A DNA stretch of 62,499 bases, counting the filler, from Globobulimina sp. (Eukaryota): the NCBI GenBank assembly GCA_003354225.1. It is 20 parts of 20 records of this genome, joined end to end, with 100 filler letters (N's around TTAATTAATTAA, not from the genome) between each part and the next. Parts side by side here need not be neighbours in the genome. Positions count along the whole stretch, not along the records: positions 59,472 to 62,499 come from PIVH01003968.1; 19 more parts are not named here. One strand, given 5' to 3'. Below the pieces are notes generated by a model, which was given only the letters and a program-made list of their open reading frames with translations, did no database searches and was not told the origin of the DNA. Shown piece after piece: positions 59,931 to 62,499 of the stretch (its first letter is position 1; the number at the start of each line of letters is the position of its first letter). The position numbers and the translations under genes are program-made.

Positions 59931-60501
59931 ATGTCGAACAAACAGTCCGTTCCAAATGCCAGTGAACACTCAATAACCGAACAAGTGCCCATCAAGTCTG
60001 AAAACGATGGCAATGCTTCGTGCGGAGGCTACTTTCTACACAAAATCTTAAAAATATCCAAACTCGCCAACAACGCAACGACATTATTAAATAAAACACT
60101 CAGCAAATCACGAAGTAGATCACCACCAACACCGACCTCGCCATCGCCAAATCCAAATCCAAATCCATCTGAATCGCCCGAAAATATTACCATTCAGATG
60201 GGCTCTGCGTATTTACGACGAATTGATTTTTCAACGGTGGAGCCAATCAGTATAAAATGTGACAATTCTGCATATTTTGATGACTTATTTTCTCCGCAAC
60301 CTCAATTAACGGAGTTGCCAACACCAATTACAACAGTTATATATCCATCTGTTTTTTGTACTTTTTTGTAATCTGTCCATTTCATAACAGGCTCAGATGG
60401 AGCTCGATTTTAATCAGATTGTGAACGGTAAAAACGATAATATTCCAAAAATAAGTAGGAAAAAAACTGTTTATTCTAAATCTGCTTCACAAATTTTATA
60501 G
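59931..60501 (+). CDS. Ser/Pro-rich hypothetical protein (probable intron ~60336-60390)
   Basis: ATG at 59931. Donor gttata and acceptor ataacag continue the frame to a TAG at ~60501. Confidence 0.45.
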
Positions 60502-61516
60502 AATTTATTTTATTTTTTAAAGTGACCCATATTCTCCCTTTAATTGTATTTTTTTCTCCGTTGAAAAAGGTGCAATACCGACGCGTGTGTACATCGATTG
60601 ACATATGTTAAAAGTGTCTGTTTTTTTACATATTCCATTCCGAATATGATGTAAAAAACTGCTACACTTTAAATTGTCAAAGTATTTATTACATTGTCAA
60701 ACGATACATTATTGTTTGTGTGTTAGCTTACATTGATTGGTAAGCACAGTCATTCACAGACAGATTTTATTTGTTTTTATGTTTTTGATATGGCGCTTTT
60801 GTGCTGGTGTCATATTTTTTAAATAGTTATATTGCACTCAATTAGTTTATAGCTTTGTGTTTTGTTTTTTGTTTTTATTGAGAAGTAATTGTTGATTTGG
60901 ACATTTTTGTCATATATTACTCATATTTCAAAGCTTACACATTGACTTTTATAGGAATTTGTTTCCATTAATTTGTGTTTGTTTTCGCTTCTTTGTGTGC
61001 TGTTTGCCTTATTCTTTGATTCAATTTAGTTTCTTGTGTTGTTCAAAACATATTAAAAACGTACATAATAAAATGCAAACAAACGTTTCTAAAATGTTCT
61101 ATATAAAAAACGCGACTGGTTATAATACGTCGCACTATCTAATATTTATTTGATTATCTAATTTCGTGTTAACATTGGAAAAAATAAGCGATTCAACCTA
61201 TAGTTTAGCTGGATCTGCCTGATGTGTTTCGGAGTTATATCACTTATCTTAATTAGCGCCGATCTTCCGGTTGGTTAACGTCAAAAATCAAATCAAATCA
61301 AATGAATTCATGTCTATGATAGTTACGCAATTCTTTCTGTATTTACTCTGGATCTGTCGCACTCAACGAACACTTTCTACAAGTTTTTACTGAAAAATCA
61401 CAAATATAAAAATAAGTAAGTGCAAGGATATAATTATTATTACAGATTATATAATTTCTTCTCTTCATGAGATAAAATATAAAACATTGATTTGATGATC
61501 GTGTCAATTGATTATG

Positions 61517-62164
61517 TTAACAACATTTAAGACATGGACATGCATATACTTTGCGATTGGTTGTTTTTTCAATTTCACGATCGACCAAACTATAAAACGC
61601 TATACAAGCAAGCATATCAATCACAGCTGGAAATTGCAGAAATGCAGCCAATGCGCCAGCGACCACAGAATGCGAATCATCTCCAAGAAATATACTAAAA
61701 AACATTTTAATATCAGAATCCGTAAATTCTCCAAAAAAATAATTGTAAAATAATATTGTAGCAAACATGATATATATTGTATTAAATATAATCGGTGTCC
61801 ACAATAACATAAATGTCCAAATATTAATCAATAATTGCGATGATAAAACACGATTTGATAATTTCTTTGTGACATGAATACCAATGACGGCTGCAGACAA
61901 TCTCAGTGTTGCAGAAATAAATAATGACACTGGGAACCAATAGGTTTCTCCTCTGTATATATTTAGAGTTTGCGAAAAAATAATAAACGTCAAAATGCTT
62001 ACTACGATATACCATGCAGAATAGAGATGAAATAATACAAAAATATTGCGTTGTCCGCAACAATTAATGGTGTTCTTTTCCTGGTGATCAGTTGAGAATG
62101 CCTCTGTTCCATCTGGATCAACATCAGAGACCAAATGTACTTCTTCGTCGTTTGCAATGTCCAT
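61517..62164 (-). CDS. Four-TM membrane protein
   Basis: 215 aa with four hydrophobic helices and CC motifs at both ends. Confidence 0.65.
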   Translation of the reverse strand: MDIANDEEVHLVSDVDPDGTEAFSTDHQEKNTINCCGQRNIFVLFHLYSAWYIVVSILTFIIFSQTLNIYRGETYWFPVSLFISATLRLSAAVIGIHVTKKLSNRVLSSQLLINIWTFMLLWTPIIFNTIYIMFATILFYNYFFGEFTDSDIKMFFSIFLGDDSHSVVAGALAAFLQFPAVIDMLACIAFYSLVDREIEKTTNRKVYACPCLKCC

Positions 62165-62382
62165 TATTCTCGAGCTCAGTTTTCAATGGGTTTTTTTGCT
62201 TAAGTGACAATGGGTTTTCAATGGGTTTCCTCTATATTTTGGATGTCAGCTATTGCGTTTACAATGTTTATTACTGTCACAAAACATAAACAATATATGT
62301 ATCACGTTTTCCGTTGGTTACAGATGAAGCATTGTTGCTGATCTTTTCCGTTGGTTTTGTTTATTTGTTAGTTTAGTTCGAG

Positions 62383-62415
62383 CGGAAGGAAAATAGGTTA
62401 ATAATAAAATGTTAA
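62383..62415. promoter_or_regulatory. 33-bp upstream motif shared with 6108-6140
   Basis: cggaaggaaaataggtta..aataaaatgttaa, 31/33 identical. Both copies lie upstream of minus-strand ATGs. Confidence 0.5.
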
Positions 62416-62499
62416 TGGTTCCCGATGAAACACAACCTTTAACAATTCAATTTTGACTTTCAATGTTTTTATTTTGAATAATCTGTAAAAAACTGTAAA

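Noticed and set aside
1-62499. tRNA or rRNA genes, telomeric repeats
   Set aside because: None were recognised by eye. A tRNAscan/Rfam run would be needed to exclude small RNAs.

Overview
This window is not one locus. It is 20 unrelated contigs of about 3.03 kb, sorted by decreasing length and joined by artificial 100-nt linkers (N44-TTAATTAATTAA-N44), so gene order is meaningful only inside each contig. Most contigs are AT-rich, gene-dense eukaryotic DNA in the standard code, with mostly short (about 50-120 nt) GT-AG introns. The gene repertoire suggests a protist, possibly a foraminiferan/rhizarian (inference only). Recognisable genes are RAD50, ORC4, CAND1, a TrmO-family methyltransferase, a nocturnin-like EEP phosphatase, an HSPA12-like protein, a GT90 glycosyltransferase, a DUF2817/M14-like hydrolase, an RPEL-Kelch protein, RGS and 7TM-RGS proteins, a class C GPCR with a periplasmic-binding-protein-like ectodomain, and two membrane J-domain proteins. 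Mobile DNA includes an intact but catalytically atypical Ty3/gypsy-like pol and nested MITEs. The most interesting contig is 43828-46856, which looks like a Polinton/Maverick-type virus fragment. It carries an intron-split A32-like packaging ATPase fused to two C2H2 zinc fingers, an adjacent array of 12-13 18-bp palindromes with ~31-bp period and variable spacers, and a divergent minor-capsid-like ORF. All family calls come from motifs recognised by eye, without database searches.
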